The notes under the pieces were generated by a model. That model saw only the letters and a program-made list of their open reading frames with translations. It was not told the DNA's origin and ran no database searches. A stretch of DNA of 64,000 bases from Pseudomonadota bacterium (GTDB taxonomy: Bacteria > Bdellovibrionota_B > Oligoflexia > Oligoflexales > RGVZ01). Location: positions 11,756 through 75,755 of the forward strand of contig JBEGVZ010000085.1 in NCBI GenBank assembly GCA_041178085.1. The letters run 5' to 3'. The translations under genes and the position numbers were made by a program. Positions 33,913-43,459 of this stretch are shown piece after piece (positions within the stretch are counted from its first letter, which is position 1; every line of letters begins with the position of its first letter).

Positions 33913-36189
33913 TTGCGAACCATGCGCGGGCTATTCCCAGTAGTGACGGGCCTTATACTTAGCTGGCCTCGAGGGGCTTCGGCGGCAGTCGAGGATCGTG
34001 TCCTTGCGTCTCTTCGCGACGTCGAGGTGAAAGAGTCAGTCGATCAGAGGAATGATGTCGAGGCGCTGCGTAAAATGCATGCCGCTTCGCGGGGCGCCGG
34101 TCGGGCCCTGGCGGCACTCGGGCTGGGTGCCGCGCATGTGAAGGAATCCCCGTCGGCTGCCTTGCAGCATATTTCTTTGGCCCGCGCGGGCCTTACCCGC
34201 CGTCCCGAATTCCAGACCGTTTTGAACTACTACGAGTCGATCGCCTTGAGCTCCCTCGGCTATTTCGAGCCAAGTAGCGAACTGCTCAAGCAGGAGATCA
34301 CGTCTGGTCGCGCTGGCGATGGCTGGATACGGGCGCTCTACTCAATTCTATTGATCAATCTCGTCCGCCAAGGGGATAACAATGGGTTTCTCACCCATTA
34401 TGAATCATTCTCGCGCCGTTTTCCGGCTGCAAGGCGATACCAGAAATTTGCAGTGCGTTTTGCCAAGGCTCTGGATTCCCGCCCTATGCGCGAAGGATTC
34501 GTCGCCGCGCTGGAAAGTCTTTCGCAGAGCTATCCTTATACGGCGGAATCTCAGTGGGCATTCCGCCGGTTACTTAGCTTGCAATGTGAAGATGACCCGG
34601 CGGCGCGAAAGGCTGGATTTTCCCGCGACCTTCTCGTTTCTCTAGGGCGTAACGGGGAGCTTGACGAAGGTATCCCGGACCTTGTCGGCACGCTTCTTCA
34701 AGGTCCTCTGAGGGACGGTCGCCGGGGTACCAGGAGACTTGATCCTGTTGAACTTATTGAATCACTGAACCGCTCAAGGCGCGGAGCACAGGCCCTCGAA
34801 ATGGCCTTGGCGGAACTCAACCATGCGCGTCTTTGGCGGGACGAAAAACTTGAACAACGTCTTCTAATAGTTCTGGTTCGTATCTACTTCAACCAGCAGG
34901 ACTACCTGTCGGCAGACCGGATGATTTCTACCATCCGGACAAAATTTCCAGCGTTGCTGGAAAATCAGAAATTGCGCGAGCTTCTGGCGGAAAATTATTC
35001 CCGTCTGGGTTCCCACCGTTTAGCGGCTGGAGAATACGGCCTTCTCTCTGGGCGGCATCCGGGTAATCCCATGTACCCTTGGCTGGAATTCTGGTCGCTA
35101 TACCGGGCAGGACTTTTTCCGGAGGCGAGCGCGGTGGCAGCGCGCAGCAATTTCGGCGGCAGCCTTGACCGTGAAGACGGCGCAGACATTCGTTACTGGC
35201 AGTCACGCATGCGGTTTCGAACCAACCCCGAGGCCGCACGCGCTCAGCTCAGTGAACTCATCGCCCAAAAGGGAGACAGCTATTACGCAATCATGGCCAG
35301 CCTTCGTTTGGGGCAGGAAATAAATCCTGTTGCTGCGGCACCCGCGCCAAATGACCATAGCAGGCCAGTCCAGAGTGCGATTGAAGTTGACGATTCGATT
35401 GCCCTCGATGAGCTCAGGCTGGCGGGCCTTTTTTTGGATGCGCGGATGGTCGAGGCTGCCCGGTTTCAGATGGCGGGGATCTCCTGGGCTGACCAGGATG
35501 AAGAGGAAAGCATGGTGCTTGGGCAGTTTGCGTTTGCCGTAGATAACTTCCGTGCCGGCCTCAGCGCAGCCAACAGGATGGCGTCGGATTCTGGAGCCCG
35601 TCCCAGGTCTCTCGAGGGTTTGACCAAAGACCGCGCATCGCGTGCAGTCTGGCGCCTTCTTTATCCGTTTGCTTATGCTCCGATGGTTGAGACCTTCGCG
35701 CGTCAGGCAGGGATCGATAAATTTTTTGTGCTGTCTATCATGCGCACGGAAAGTCATTACAATCCCGAGGCACAGTCCCCGGTAGGAGCTCAGGGCCTCA
35801 TGCAGATCATGCCCGCCACCGCCGTGCGGCTGGCGCGCCTGCTTGGTGACCCAGGTTTCGCTATCACCAGCCTTCGTGAGCCCAAGGTCAGCGTCGCTTA
35901 TGGCACTTATTATCTCTGGAAACTTCTTCGGTATTATCAGGGAAATTATGGGCTTGCGGCTGCCGCTTACAACGCCGGACCAATTGCGGTCAACGTCTGG
36001 CTGGAGGCCTGCCGGGGCTGCGAGATGGACGAGTTTGTTGAATCGATTCCCTACCGCGAGACGCGCCGCTATGTGAAGACGGTCTTGAAAAACCTGGTGA
36101 CCTATCGCTCCATTTATGCGGGGACGCCCTTTTCCTCTGCGGATGTGAAGATGCCCACTCAATTGGCCGAGGGCGAAATTCTGTTCTGA
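33913..36189 (+). CDS. Soluble lytic murein transglycosylase (Slt70-like: superhelical N-domain + SLT domain)
   Basis: C-terminal SLT catalytic motif IMRTESHYNPEAQSPVGAQGLMQIMPATA...AAAYNAGP. The long helical-repeat N-terminus has a signal sequence. TTG 33913 or ATG 33922. Confidence 0.85.
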   Translation: MRTMRGLFPVVTGLILSWPRGASAAVEDRVLASLRDVEVKESVDQRNDVEALRKMHAASRGAGRALAALGLGAAHVKESPSAALQHISLARAGLTRRPEFQTVLNYYESIALSSLGYFEPSSELLKQEITSGRAGDGWIRALYSILLINLVRQGDNNGFLTHYESFSRRFPAARRYQKFAVRFAKALDSRPMREGFVAALESLSQSYPYTAESQWAFRRLLSLQCEDDPAARKAGFSRDLLVSLGRNGELDEGIPDLVGTLLQGPLRDGRRGTRRLDPVELIESLNRSRRGAQALEMALAELNHARLWRDEKLEQRLLIVLVRIYFNQQDYLSADRMISTIRTKFPALLENQKLRELLAENYSRLGSHRLAAGEYGLLSGRHPGNPMYPWLEFWSLYRAGLFPEASAVAARSNFGGSLDREDGADIRYWQSRMRFRTNPEAARAQLSELIAQKGDSYYAIMASLRLGQEINPVAAAPAPNDHSRPVQSAIEVDDSIALDELRLAGLFLDARMVEAARFQMAGISWADQDEEESMVLGQFAFAVDNFRAGLSAANRMASDSGARPRSLEGLTKDRASRAVWRLLYPFAYAPMVETFARQAGIDKFFVLSIMRTESHYNPEAQSPVGAQGLMQIMPATAVRLARLLGDPGFAITSLREPKVSVAYGTYYLWKLLRYYQGNYGLAAAAYNAGPIAVNVWLEACRGCEMDEFVESIPYRETRRYVKTVLKNLVTYRSIYAGTPFSSADVKMPTQLAEGEILF

Positions 36190-36321
36190 TCGCCTCACCA
36201 CTGTTTGCAGATCTTCCCGTGAGCCCGTCAATGTTTTGACGCGCAAGTTTGCCGGATTGACTTGGTTTATGATCTTAAAAGGACTGGCCGTCTTTTCCGG
36301 CTGCGATCCAGGAGGAATGCC

Positions 36322-36858
36322 ATGGAAGAAAAGTGGATGTCGATCAACGACTACTCCCGTTCCTTTGCCATCTCCGACATGACGGTACGGCGCAGAATCC
36401 GCACCGGGAAATTGAAGGCGGTTTTGCGGGACGGCAAATATTTCATTCACGTACCACCCGGGCACGCCCCGTTCGCCGAGGCAGATTACGGCAGCGCACC
36501 TAAGTTGCCTTCTGTTCCCGAGTTTATTCCGCCCCCGCCACCTGCGGGCCAGCTTTCTGGTGCGCAGGCGGCACGCAGTCATGGAGCCGAATACCGTCAT
36601 GTGCCGCCGCATCTGGCGGCCTCAATCGCAACCCGCGATGCAGTGACAGTTGCCGCGACCGACTTGCTCGCCTTCTGCGAGGGAGCCCTCAAAAGATTCG
36701 CCGATTTTGAAAGGCGGATTGTCGCCGAGAATCACAGCAAGATGCAGGCGCTTCAGCAGGAGATCAATGCCAAGAATCTTGAGCTCAAGCAGCTCAAGCA
36801 GCAGGTGGAAGATCTTCAGGTGCTGGTAAACCTGATGGAAAGCCGCCGCGGTTCATGA
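36322..36858 (+). CDS. Hypothetical protein: N-terminal excisionase/MerR-type HTH, Pro-rich linker, C-terminal coiled coil
   Basis: AGGAGG RBS before ATG 36322. MSINDYSRSFAISDMTVRRRIRTGKLKAV is HTH_17-like. PEFIPPPPPAGQ linker. C-terminal heptad-like LQQEINAKNLELKQLKQQVEDLQVLVNLME. Confidence 0.5.
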   Translation: MEEKWMSINDYSRSFAISDMTVRRRIRTGKLKAVLRDGKYFIHVPPGHAPFAEADYGSAPKLPSVPEFIPPPPPAGQLSGAQAARSHGAEYRHVPPHLAASIATRDAVTVAATDLLAFCEGALKRFADFERRIVAENHSKMQALQQEINAKNLELKQLKQQVEDLQVLVNLMESRRGS

Positions 36859-36881
36859 CGGGCAAACTTTCCGCCGGTCCG

Positions 36882-38063
36882 TCATCGAAAAAGCAGAAGT
36901 GAACCATCGCCGTAGCTAAACAACCTGTACCGCAGGTCAATCGCTTCCCGGTACATGCGATGTGCTTCATCGAGTCCAACCAGCGCTGATACCAGCATGA
37001 AAAGCGTCGACTTTGGCTGGTGGAAGTTGGTGACCAGTCCGTCAGCGACCCGTGGCTGAAAGCGGTCATGCCTGTTTCGTGGATAAATGAACAGGTTTGT
37101 CGCGTGCCACTGTCCTGCCAGCGATGCCGGGTCAACCCCGGATTCCGCCGCCATTGAAAAAAGACCCTCAACACAGCGAAAGGCAGTCGTACCCACACAG
37201 ATGATTGCGCGACCGGATTTTTTCGCCTCGATAATTCCGGCGAGCGATTCCCGGGGTATTAGAAATTTTTCGTGATGCATCTGGTGCAGGGCAACGTCTT
37301 CCTGACGCACGGGCAGAAAAGTTCCGCCACCGACATGAAGAGTTACCGGCACGGTTCCATGCCCAAGGTTGCGCAGCCTGCCCAGCAATCCCGTGGTGAA
37401 ATGAAGACCTGCAGTTGGTGCTGCGACCGAACCCTTACTGGCAGCGTAAACGGTCTCATATCGTCCACGATCGGTCGTGGCAGTTTCCTTGTCGCCAGCT
37501 TTCCTGTGGATGTAAGGCGGAAGGGGTGTTTCTCCGGCTTCTTCAAGCCACCGGTGGAAGTCAAAGCCGTCGGTTCCTCGGCCGGGGCTGAATGTGATTT
37601 GGACAGCCGGGACCTCCCCATCAGCCGCAGGCTCTTCGATAGCAAGGATTTGTCCAGTGACCGGAGCCCTTGGGTCACGCACGACAGTGGCGGAGGTGCC
37701 GACCGGTGCAAAAAGGATTTCACTTCCCACTTTCAGTTTCTTTAGCGGCTTTGCCAGGGCGCGCCAGATGATGGATGGCCCCTGCGCGGAAAGCGGTTCG
37801 AGCAGAAATATTTCAATCCTCGCCCCGGTTTTCAAGAACCCGTGGAGGCGACTTTGCAAGACGCTGGTATCATTGAGAACCAGGACACTGCCCGCGGGCA
37901 GCACCGCAGGAAGATCCGAGAACTGGTGGTGACTGATTGCACCGTCGGCGGCGTGGACAAGCAGGCGCGAGGAGTCCCTCTCGGCAGCCGGAGTTTGCGC
38001 GACCAGCTCCGCAGGGAAGTCGAAATCGAAATCAGAAAGTTTGAGGAAGTTTTCTTCGTGCAT
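36882..38063 (-). CDS. queA: S-adenosylmethionine:tRNA ribosyltransferase-isomerase QueA
   Basis: LSDFDFDFPAELVAQTPAAERDSSRLLV N-terminus, GETPLPPYI, APTAGLHFT and NFHQPKSTL motifs. Confidence 0.92.
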   Translation of the reverse strand: MHEENFLKLSDFDFDFPAELVAQTPAAERDSSRLLVHAADGAISHHQFSDLPAVLPAGSVLVLNDTSVLQSRLHGFLKTGARIEIFLLEPLSAQGPSIIWRALAKPLKKLKVGSEILFAPVGTSATVVRDPRAPVTGQILAIEEPAADGEVPAVQITFSPGRGTDGFDFHRWLEEAGETPLPPYIHRKAGDKETATTDRGRYETVYAASKGSVAAPTAGLHFTTGLLGRLRNLGHGTVPVTLHVGGGTFLPVRQEDVALHQMHHEKFLIPRESLAGIIEAKKSGRAIICVGTTAFRCVEGLFSMAAESGVDPASLAGQWHATNLFIYPRNRHDRFQPRVADGLVTNFHQPKSTLFMLVSALVGLDEAHRMYREAIDLRYRLFSYGDGSLLLFR

Positions 38064-38093
38064 GAGACCCTGAAAATTAAAGCCCTTGGCATA

Positions 38094-39509
38094 ATGCTGT
38101 TTTTTTTGGCAGTCACGGGCCTTTTTACCGACAGCCCCGTTCTGGCGGGAGAAATCTGCCCTCCTGCTTTTTACATCGCAGAACTGGTCAACGCGAGGGA
38201 TGCCGCCCGGTCTTCTCTGAACCTTTACTCAAGAGATGTAACTGGCTGGCATCAAAGGGAGTTTGACAAGGTGGTCCTGTACCGTCCGCCCTTGCCGAGG
38301 AATTCGGCCGTTTCCTCCTCTCCGGTCTATGGTTATCGCCTTACCACACCCTTTGCGTCTGGCAGGTTCCTTGTGGATTTCAAGGCCTCCGCTGCAACGG
38401 GCACAGCTCCCGGAGACACATTGCTCGTACCATCTGGTAGGCCCGGCGGGCTCCGGGCCACCCCTCGCGAGATCAGCCAGTTATTGCGATCGGCCGGTTG
38501 CAAGGAAGGTCTGGTTTCTGAGCTGGAATCGACGGGCTCCGGTGCGGACTTCGCCCCGCAATTTTTTTACCTGCTCAACTGCCCCAATATGAGAAAGCCC
38601 GGGGGTGGTGCCAACCCGGTGACTTTTCTTCGTGACTCGCTGCGCATCAGCAGTGACGAGTTCAGCTACCACATGAACCGGAAGAACCAGATGCTTTTTG
38701 ACCGCATGGAGATTGTCAGAAATCCCCAGGACCGTTCACCAAACGCCATCAGTTACCTGGAAAACGGAGCCTTTGATATTCGTGCTGACATCAAGAAATT
38801 TTTCACCATGCATTTCACGTCAGGTAATGTTGAGTCGAAGGTGGTTGCGCACCGCGAAGGACTCGCTGGAACCCAGGCCAGGTTAAGCTTTGATTTGAAG
38901 CTGCTTTTCCTGCGGCTGGACTTGCAGCTGCTCACCGATGTCATGTTTCTTCGGGACATGGCTTTTCTGCCGATGACCATGAAAATACCGGCGCACGCGG
39001 AAGATTATGTCCATCCAAACACGGGTGTTTTATACAGCTGGTTCACGACCAAGGGGACCCACGTCCGCAGTGACTGGATGCACATGCCTCCCCGTCAGCG
39101 CTTTTCATCACAAGGGGAACTGAAGGCACGCGCGAACGAGGTGGCCGCAACACACTGTGAGCCCTCCGGCCAATGTTCTTTTCGCGCCGCTGTCGGCCGC
39201 ACCGGGACGGAACCGGTTGTGGCGATGGAGATCAACATCCGCAGGGAGCTTTTACTCAAAGGTTTCTATCCCCAGTACGTTGCGGATGCATCTTCAGAGC
39301 AAGATGACCTGGGCTGGACGTGGGACGGGAAACAAGGAGACGGACAGGTGCGCCAAGGGCTTTACTTTGAACTTTCCAGCCTGCCAAAGGGCGAACACGG
39401 CTTTGAAATATGGCTTCGCATCCTGCCGCCCAACGCATCCCGGGGCTCAGTTGCCTTTTGTCCCTCTCGCTGGAACGTAAGGGACATCAAGGTCAGCACT
39501 TCAAATTGA
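38094..39509 (+). CDS. Secreted hypothetical protein (about 471 aa)
   Basis: The ORF is open from 37842, but that part is antisense to queA. ATG 38094 (or in-frame CTG 38070) gives a hydrophobic leader, (MKIKALGI)MLFFLAVTGLFTDSPVLAGE. No family recognised. Confidence 0.55.
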   Translation: MLFFLAVTGLFTDSPVLAGEICPPAFYIAELVNARDAARSSLNLYSRDVTGWHQREFDKVVLYRPPLPRNSAVSSSPVYGYRLTTPFASGRFLVDFKASAATGTAPGDTLLVPSGRPGGLRATPREISQLLRSAGCKEGLVSELESTGSGADFAPQFFYLLNCPNMRKPGGGANPVTFLRDSLRISSDEFSYHMNRKNQMLFDRMEIVRNPQDRSPNAISYLENGAFDIRADIKKFFTMHFTSGNVESKVVAHREGLAGTQARLSFDLKLLFLRLDLQLLTDVMFLRDMAFLPMTMKIPAHAEDYVHPNTGVLYSWFTTKGTHVRSDWMHMPPRQRFSSQGELKARANEVAATHCEPSGQCSFRAAVGRTGTEPVVAMEINIRRELLLKGFYPQYVADASSEQDDLGWTWDGKQGDGQVRQGLYFELSSLPKGEHGFEIWLRILPPNASRGSVAFCPSRWNVRDIKVSTSN

Positions 39510-40694
39510 TGATGAATCAAGTGGCTTGAAGTTGCGCTTGTCGTGATCGGAATAAAAGCGCGTCGCATTGCCGCTCGTGGTGGTCCTGCTCTCATGGAAC
39601 GGATAACGGATGAGCGCTTCAAGACCCGGGCGGAACTGGTTCCAGTAGCCATCCATTTTTGCCGGGTGAGTTGTTTCCAGCTCGAGTGTGATGGTTGGAA
39701 TGTTTCGTTCATTGCCAGCGTAGTTACCGAGCGAACCTGGGTAGAAAGAATAGTCAACGATCCGGTAATTTTTGGAGCTTTCGGAAATGGCTCGGACAAG
39801 ACGTTTGGCCTTGGCTTCACTGTTGGTCAGGGCACGCGGCATCTGGTCCCCAGGACCGTCATAGTCAAGGAACCCAAGCGGCGCGTGGATTGACAGAATC
39901 TTGTCTGGATCGAATTCATCGATCATCTGGATCTGGAAGATGGTTTCTATCTCGGAGTTGGGGAAATAACCGGGGAAGTGGCTAGGGCTTTTTTGCCGGC
40001 GTTCCTCCCACCAGTGCTTGGCCCGAGGATACCAGTCCGCCGTGAAGAAATTGCGGTTCAGGTCGACGCCCCACTTGTTGGTCCTGGTCGGGATTGAACT
40101 AGGCTTGTCCTTGACCCGCAGAAAGCCATCCGGATTCACCAGCGGGGCGACGACGACGTGGATACCCTGGTTCGCGTAAAGTTCCGGCTTCTCGTGGAGC
40201 AGTCGCGCAAAGCGGAAGGCGATCGGAATGGGTGTCAGCTCGTCAGGATGAACGCCGCCCAGAAGCAGGGTCGTTTCCTCGCCAGAGCCGAACTCAGCGT
40301 AAATCAGCGGGCGCCCATCGTGTGAGTTGATGCCGGCTTTCCACGCAATGCTGCCGCACGGGTTTTGTTCCCAGCCGTATCTTTTGAACACCACGCCAAG
40401 GTCCGCGCACAGGCGGGCGATCGAGGTTTTGTCTTTTTGTGGATCGAACAGGAATGACTTGAGCTGACCTGGGGTAATGATTGGCAAGGGGGCAAAGGCC
40501 AGGCCCACTGGAAGTTCAGCAAAGGAGCTTGATTCAAAGCTTGCTGCGCGCGAAGTTGAGCCAGGAAAAGCCCACGCGGCCAGCAGGCTTGCCGCCAGAC
40601 TCAGCGCCTTCAGGGCGAGACGTCTTGCGTTCAAGCGGCAGGGCGAAGTGCTCCTGACCGGTTTTTTCGTAACAGTGGCCGCAGTAGATCGCAT
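39501..40694 (-). CDS. M14-family zinc carboxypeptidase (MpaA/gamma-D-Glu-DAP peptidase-like), secreted
   Basis: GGVHPDELT (HxxE), VVAPLVNPDGF, VDLNRNF and SIHAPLG. Signal peptide RRLALKALSLAASLLAAWA. The start (ATG 40694 or TTG 40634) overlaps the SprT-like gene. Confidence 0.85.
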   Translation of the reverse strand: MRSTAATVTKKPVRSTSPCRLNARRLALKALSLAASLLAAWAFPGSTSRAASFESSSFAELPVGLAFAPLPIITPGQLKSFLFDPQKDKTSIARLCADLGVVFKRYGWEQNPCGSIAWKAGINSHDGRPLIYAEFGSGEETTLLLGGVHPDELTPIPIAFRFARLLHEKPELYANQGIHVVVAPLVNPDGFLRVKDKPSSIPTRTNKWGVDLNRNFFTADWYPRAKHWWEERRQKSPSHFPGYFPNSEIETIFQIQMIDEFDPDKILSIHAPLGFLDYDGPGDQMPRALTNSEAKAKRLVRAISESSKNYRIVDYSFYPGSLGNYAGNERNIPTITLELETTHPAKMDGYWNQFRPGLEALIRYPFHESRTTTSGNATRFYSDHDKRNFKPLDSSSI

Positions 40695-41262
40695 GTCGCA
40701 ACTTTTTCCTTACGTACCAGCGATTTTGGCAGTTTGGACAACTGTAAATGTATTTCGCCTCGGGCGCCAGCCTCCGATGGACGTGGACCGCCTGGTCGAC
40801 AGGAAGGCCCGTGGCGCGGAACTCGTTCATTTTGGCATAAAAGCGCCTCGTGTGTCCCGGGTCGAGCATGCAGTCGTAAAGCCAAATGTGAGTCAGCTCG
40901 TGAAACAGAGTGTACGGCAGGAGCCTGGGGTCCTTGGCGAAATAATTCAGGTTTAACTTGATCTTGCGCTCGAAAAGATACGCCAGCCCAAGTTTTTGTT
41001 TCATCTTGCCGTTGAATTCTATGACAACGCCCGGCAAGAGGCTGCCCTCTTCGCAGTTCCGGAAAAATGGCATGAAGCGGACGTAGTAGTCGTAGGCAAA
41101 GGCCTCGAGTTCGGCCCGCCCGATTTGTCGCGAGGCAGCAGGTGCGACGTTTAGTAGTGGATGGAACCACTGTGGTTTTACCGTCGGGGCAAAGCCTTCG
41201 CCTGCGGCCGCTACGGCGCCGTGGGGCAATTCTAGAGAAAAGTCCGTGCTGTCGCGGGTCAT
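40534..41262 (-). CDS. SprT-like zinc metalloprotease domain protein with C-terminal zinc ribbon
   Basis: FHELTHIWLYD (HExxH) and YSCPNCQNRWYVRKKLRHAIYCGHCYEK. Confidence 0.75.
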   Translation of the reverse strand: MTRDSTDFSLELPHGAVAAAGEGFAPTVKPQWFHPLLNVAPAASRQIGRAELEAFAYDYYVRFMPFFRNCEEGSLLPGVVIEFNGKMKQKLGLAYLFERKIKLNLNYFAKDPRLLPYTLFHELTHIWLYDCMLDPGHTRRFYAKMNEFRATGLPVDQAVHVHRRLAPEAKYIYSCPNCQNRWYVRKKLRHAIYCGHCYEKTGQEHFALPLERKTSRPEGAESGGKPAGRVGFSWLNFARSKL

Positions 41263-41271
41263 CCCCGAAGC

Positions 41272-43434
41272 CTAACACGACCCGGAAAAAACAGGCCTGC
41301 CAAAATGAAGGCCGTTCCAAACAGGGCGGTTTGCCCGGCCGATTGGACGAACGTCAATTTTAGTGCCGAACCCCGCCTCTATATCATGAAGAAGGTTGGT
41401 GGAAGCTGTGACCAGGCGCAGCATTGGCCATTGCTCCAGCCAGCCTGAGACCGCCTCGCTGGCGGCTGCTGAGGGGTGGGAACCGGCCGTGACAAGTCCC
41501 ACACTGAGCTGGGGACCGAATGCAGCAGGCACCGGCCCGTCATGAACAGACAGCGCAGCGATTCCGGGGGCTGGAGTCGCTAGTCCACGGCTCAGTAGAC
41601 CTGACGCATGAAGGGGTGACAGAGCCTCCCGCCAAAAGCGCCACCAGGAAGTTTCCATGAGTCGGGCGCAAACTTGTTCGACTTCTGATTTACCTGTTCC
41701 CTGCGGCACAACGATTCCAAGCATGCGGCTGGCCATGCACCCGTCTTGCATCAGGGCGCAGGTATCGGCAAGGATCTGGTCCATCAGGTCAGGAAGTTCC
41801 GCCCACGTCACGATGCTTGCGGTAAGGGCTCCCCCGTGACCGGCGACATGAAGCGATGGCCCGGCAGCCCTTCGGATTTCCTCTACCGTCTGGTCGTCGC
41901 CGAAAACAAGCAGGGCGGCAAATCCGGGCAGGCCTTCTGCACCGATGCGGAAGCTTGAATCCACGGTGTCGATCTGCCAGCCAGCAGTCGCCAGGCGGCG
42001 AAGGAGCCTTCGCGTGAAAGAATCTTGTCGTTCCTGCCCCTTTGGCAGGCGCACGGTCGGCTCCAAGCCTGCCGCAAGAGCCAGCGTGAGGGGCATCGGC
42101 AGGGCCATGGGATGCGTGTTTGGGGGGATGAGCAGCAGGCGAGGCGGCTGGCCTTGAACGCTGGCATGACGTGAGATGTCGAGCGCGCCCGACCTGTGGA
42201 CGGCAGCCGCCAATATGTCCGGGGTCAGCGTTTTGAGTCCCCCGAGGGCGTCTTCCAAGGCGAGCTGGGCTGCCCGCGTCGAGCCAATTTCCCGCGACAG
42301 TGATTCAATTGCCTCGGGTGACTCCAGAAAGCTGACCAGTGCTCCGACAATTCCGTGAGACCGGATCCTCACCGGACGCCGGGTTAGAGTGTGATATTCC
42401 AAATGGCTTTGCGGCTGCGGCGGGGCGACGATTTTCGCTCTGACTTCTTCCGCCATCAGGGAACACCCTTTCAAGGGAGCCATTCTGGCGCGCCCAAGAA
42501 GAGAAAAAGTTCCGTTATTATAGATCGTTACAACGTCTTCTGTGATGACCGGCGCAGGCAGGTCAATCCGGTTCAGGTCGACAATTCCAAGCAGGCCCGT
42601 TCCGGTGAGGCCGCCTTCGTAGCAAAGCCCTCCGGCGTCCCGGCGGACATTATTGACGACGAAAGGTATCGCGCCCCTTTGAAAGGTGAGCCGACGTTCA
42701 TCGCCGGAAAAGGCGGTGTAGGCCGCCGAAGCCAACTCACTCATGCCGTATTCGGAGATAACGGACTTCTCCGGAATACCAAAGCCGCGGGCAAGGGCTT
42801 CCACCAGCCACGCCTCGCTAACGTCTCGAGTTTTGCCTTTGGTGCCGCCAGTGAAGATCACGAAACTACCCTTAGGCAGGCGCGGCAGCCGGCCCCGGTC
42901 AAGCAGGGGGATCAGGTGGAACGCCGTGCCGAAGACCCAAAGTGGCCTCTCCCCCAGGACTTTCATGGCAAGGGCAAGGCCGGCGTCCTCTTCTGGCCGG
43001 CAGTAGGCGACCTGTGTTTTTTCGCCCAACCAGTGGACCATTGCCGCAAGGCTGCTCGTTGGCCATTCTTGCGGCGGAGGGACCAGGCTGATGCCGGGCA
43101 GCTTCTGGCCGGCTCCCTCAGGCAGGTCGCCAAGCCGTTCCAGGGCCGAAAAAAAACCCGAGGCGATGGCTTCGCGATAGGCTGCAAGCCCCCCATCACT
43201 GAAACGCGATTTTGAACGACCCTGGGCGCTGGTACCGCTGGATTCAAAGACCTTTGCAGAAGCCACTGGGCCAAGGTCCAAAACCCTGAAACCATTTATC
43301 TTTATGCCCCACAACAGACCTTCAAGTCCGGTCACCGTCAGACGCGGCAAATCGTCGTGGATGGCCACCGTCCCCTTGGCACCATGGCGGACAAGGAATT
43401 CTGCGGGCAGATAAGGTTTGTCGTAGGTTGGCAT
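41272..43434 (-). CDS. Fusion protein: LuxE-like acyl-protein synthetase (adenylate-forming) + LuxC-like acyl-CoA reductase
   Basis: The N-terminal half has an adenylating-enzyme pattern (FVIFTGGTKGKT, SEYGMSELASAAY, C-terminal GRARMAPLKGCSL). The C-terminal half is LuxC/ALDH-like (LLLIPPNTHPMALPMPLTLALAAGLEPTVRLPKG, putative catalytic MQDGCMASR). ATG 43434 was chosen; the upstream extension runs antisense into scpA. Confidence 0.7.
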   Translation of the reverse strand: MPTYDKPYLPAEFLVRHGAKGTVAIHDDLPRLTVTGLEGLLWGIKINGFRVLDLGPVASAKVFESSGTSAQGRSKSRFSDGGLAAYREAIASGFFSALERLGDLPEGAGQKLPGISLVPPPQEWPTSSLAAMVHWLGEKTQVAYCRPEEDAGLALAMKVLGERPLWVFGTAFHLIPLLDRGRLPRLPKGSFVIFTGGTKGKTRDVSEAWLVEALARGFGIPEKSVISEYGMSELASAAYTAFSGDERRLTFQRGAIPFVVNNVRRDAGGLCYEGGLTGTGLLGIVDLNRIDLPAPVITEDVVTIYNNGTFSLLGRARMAPLKGCSLMAEEVRAKIVAPPQPQSHLEYHTLTRRPVRIRSHGIVGALVSFLESPEAIESLSREIGSTRAAQLALEDALGGLKTLTPDILAAAVHRSGALDISRHASVQGQPPRLLLIPPNTHPMALPMPLTLALAAGLEPTVRLPKGQERQDSFTRRLLRRLATAGWQIDTVDSSFRIGAEGLPGFAALLVFGDDQTVEEIRRAAGPSLHVAGHGGALTASIVTWAELPDLMDQILADTCALMQDGCMASRMLGIVVPQGTGKSEVEQVCARLMETSWWRFWREALSPLHASGLLSRGLATPAPGIAALSVHDGPVPAAFGPQLSVGLVTAGSHPSAAASEAVSGWLEQWPMLRLVTASTNLLHDIEAGFGTKIDVRPIGRANRPVWNGLHFGRPVFSGSC

Positions 43435-43459
43435 AGGGGTTATAAAAGTTGGATTACCT

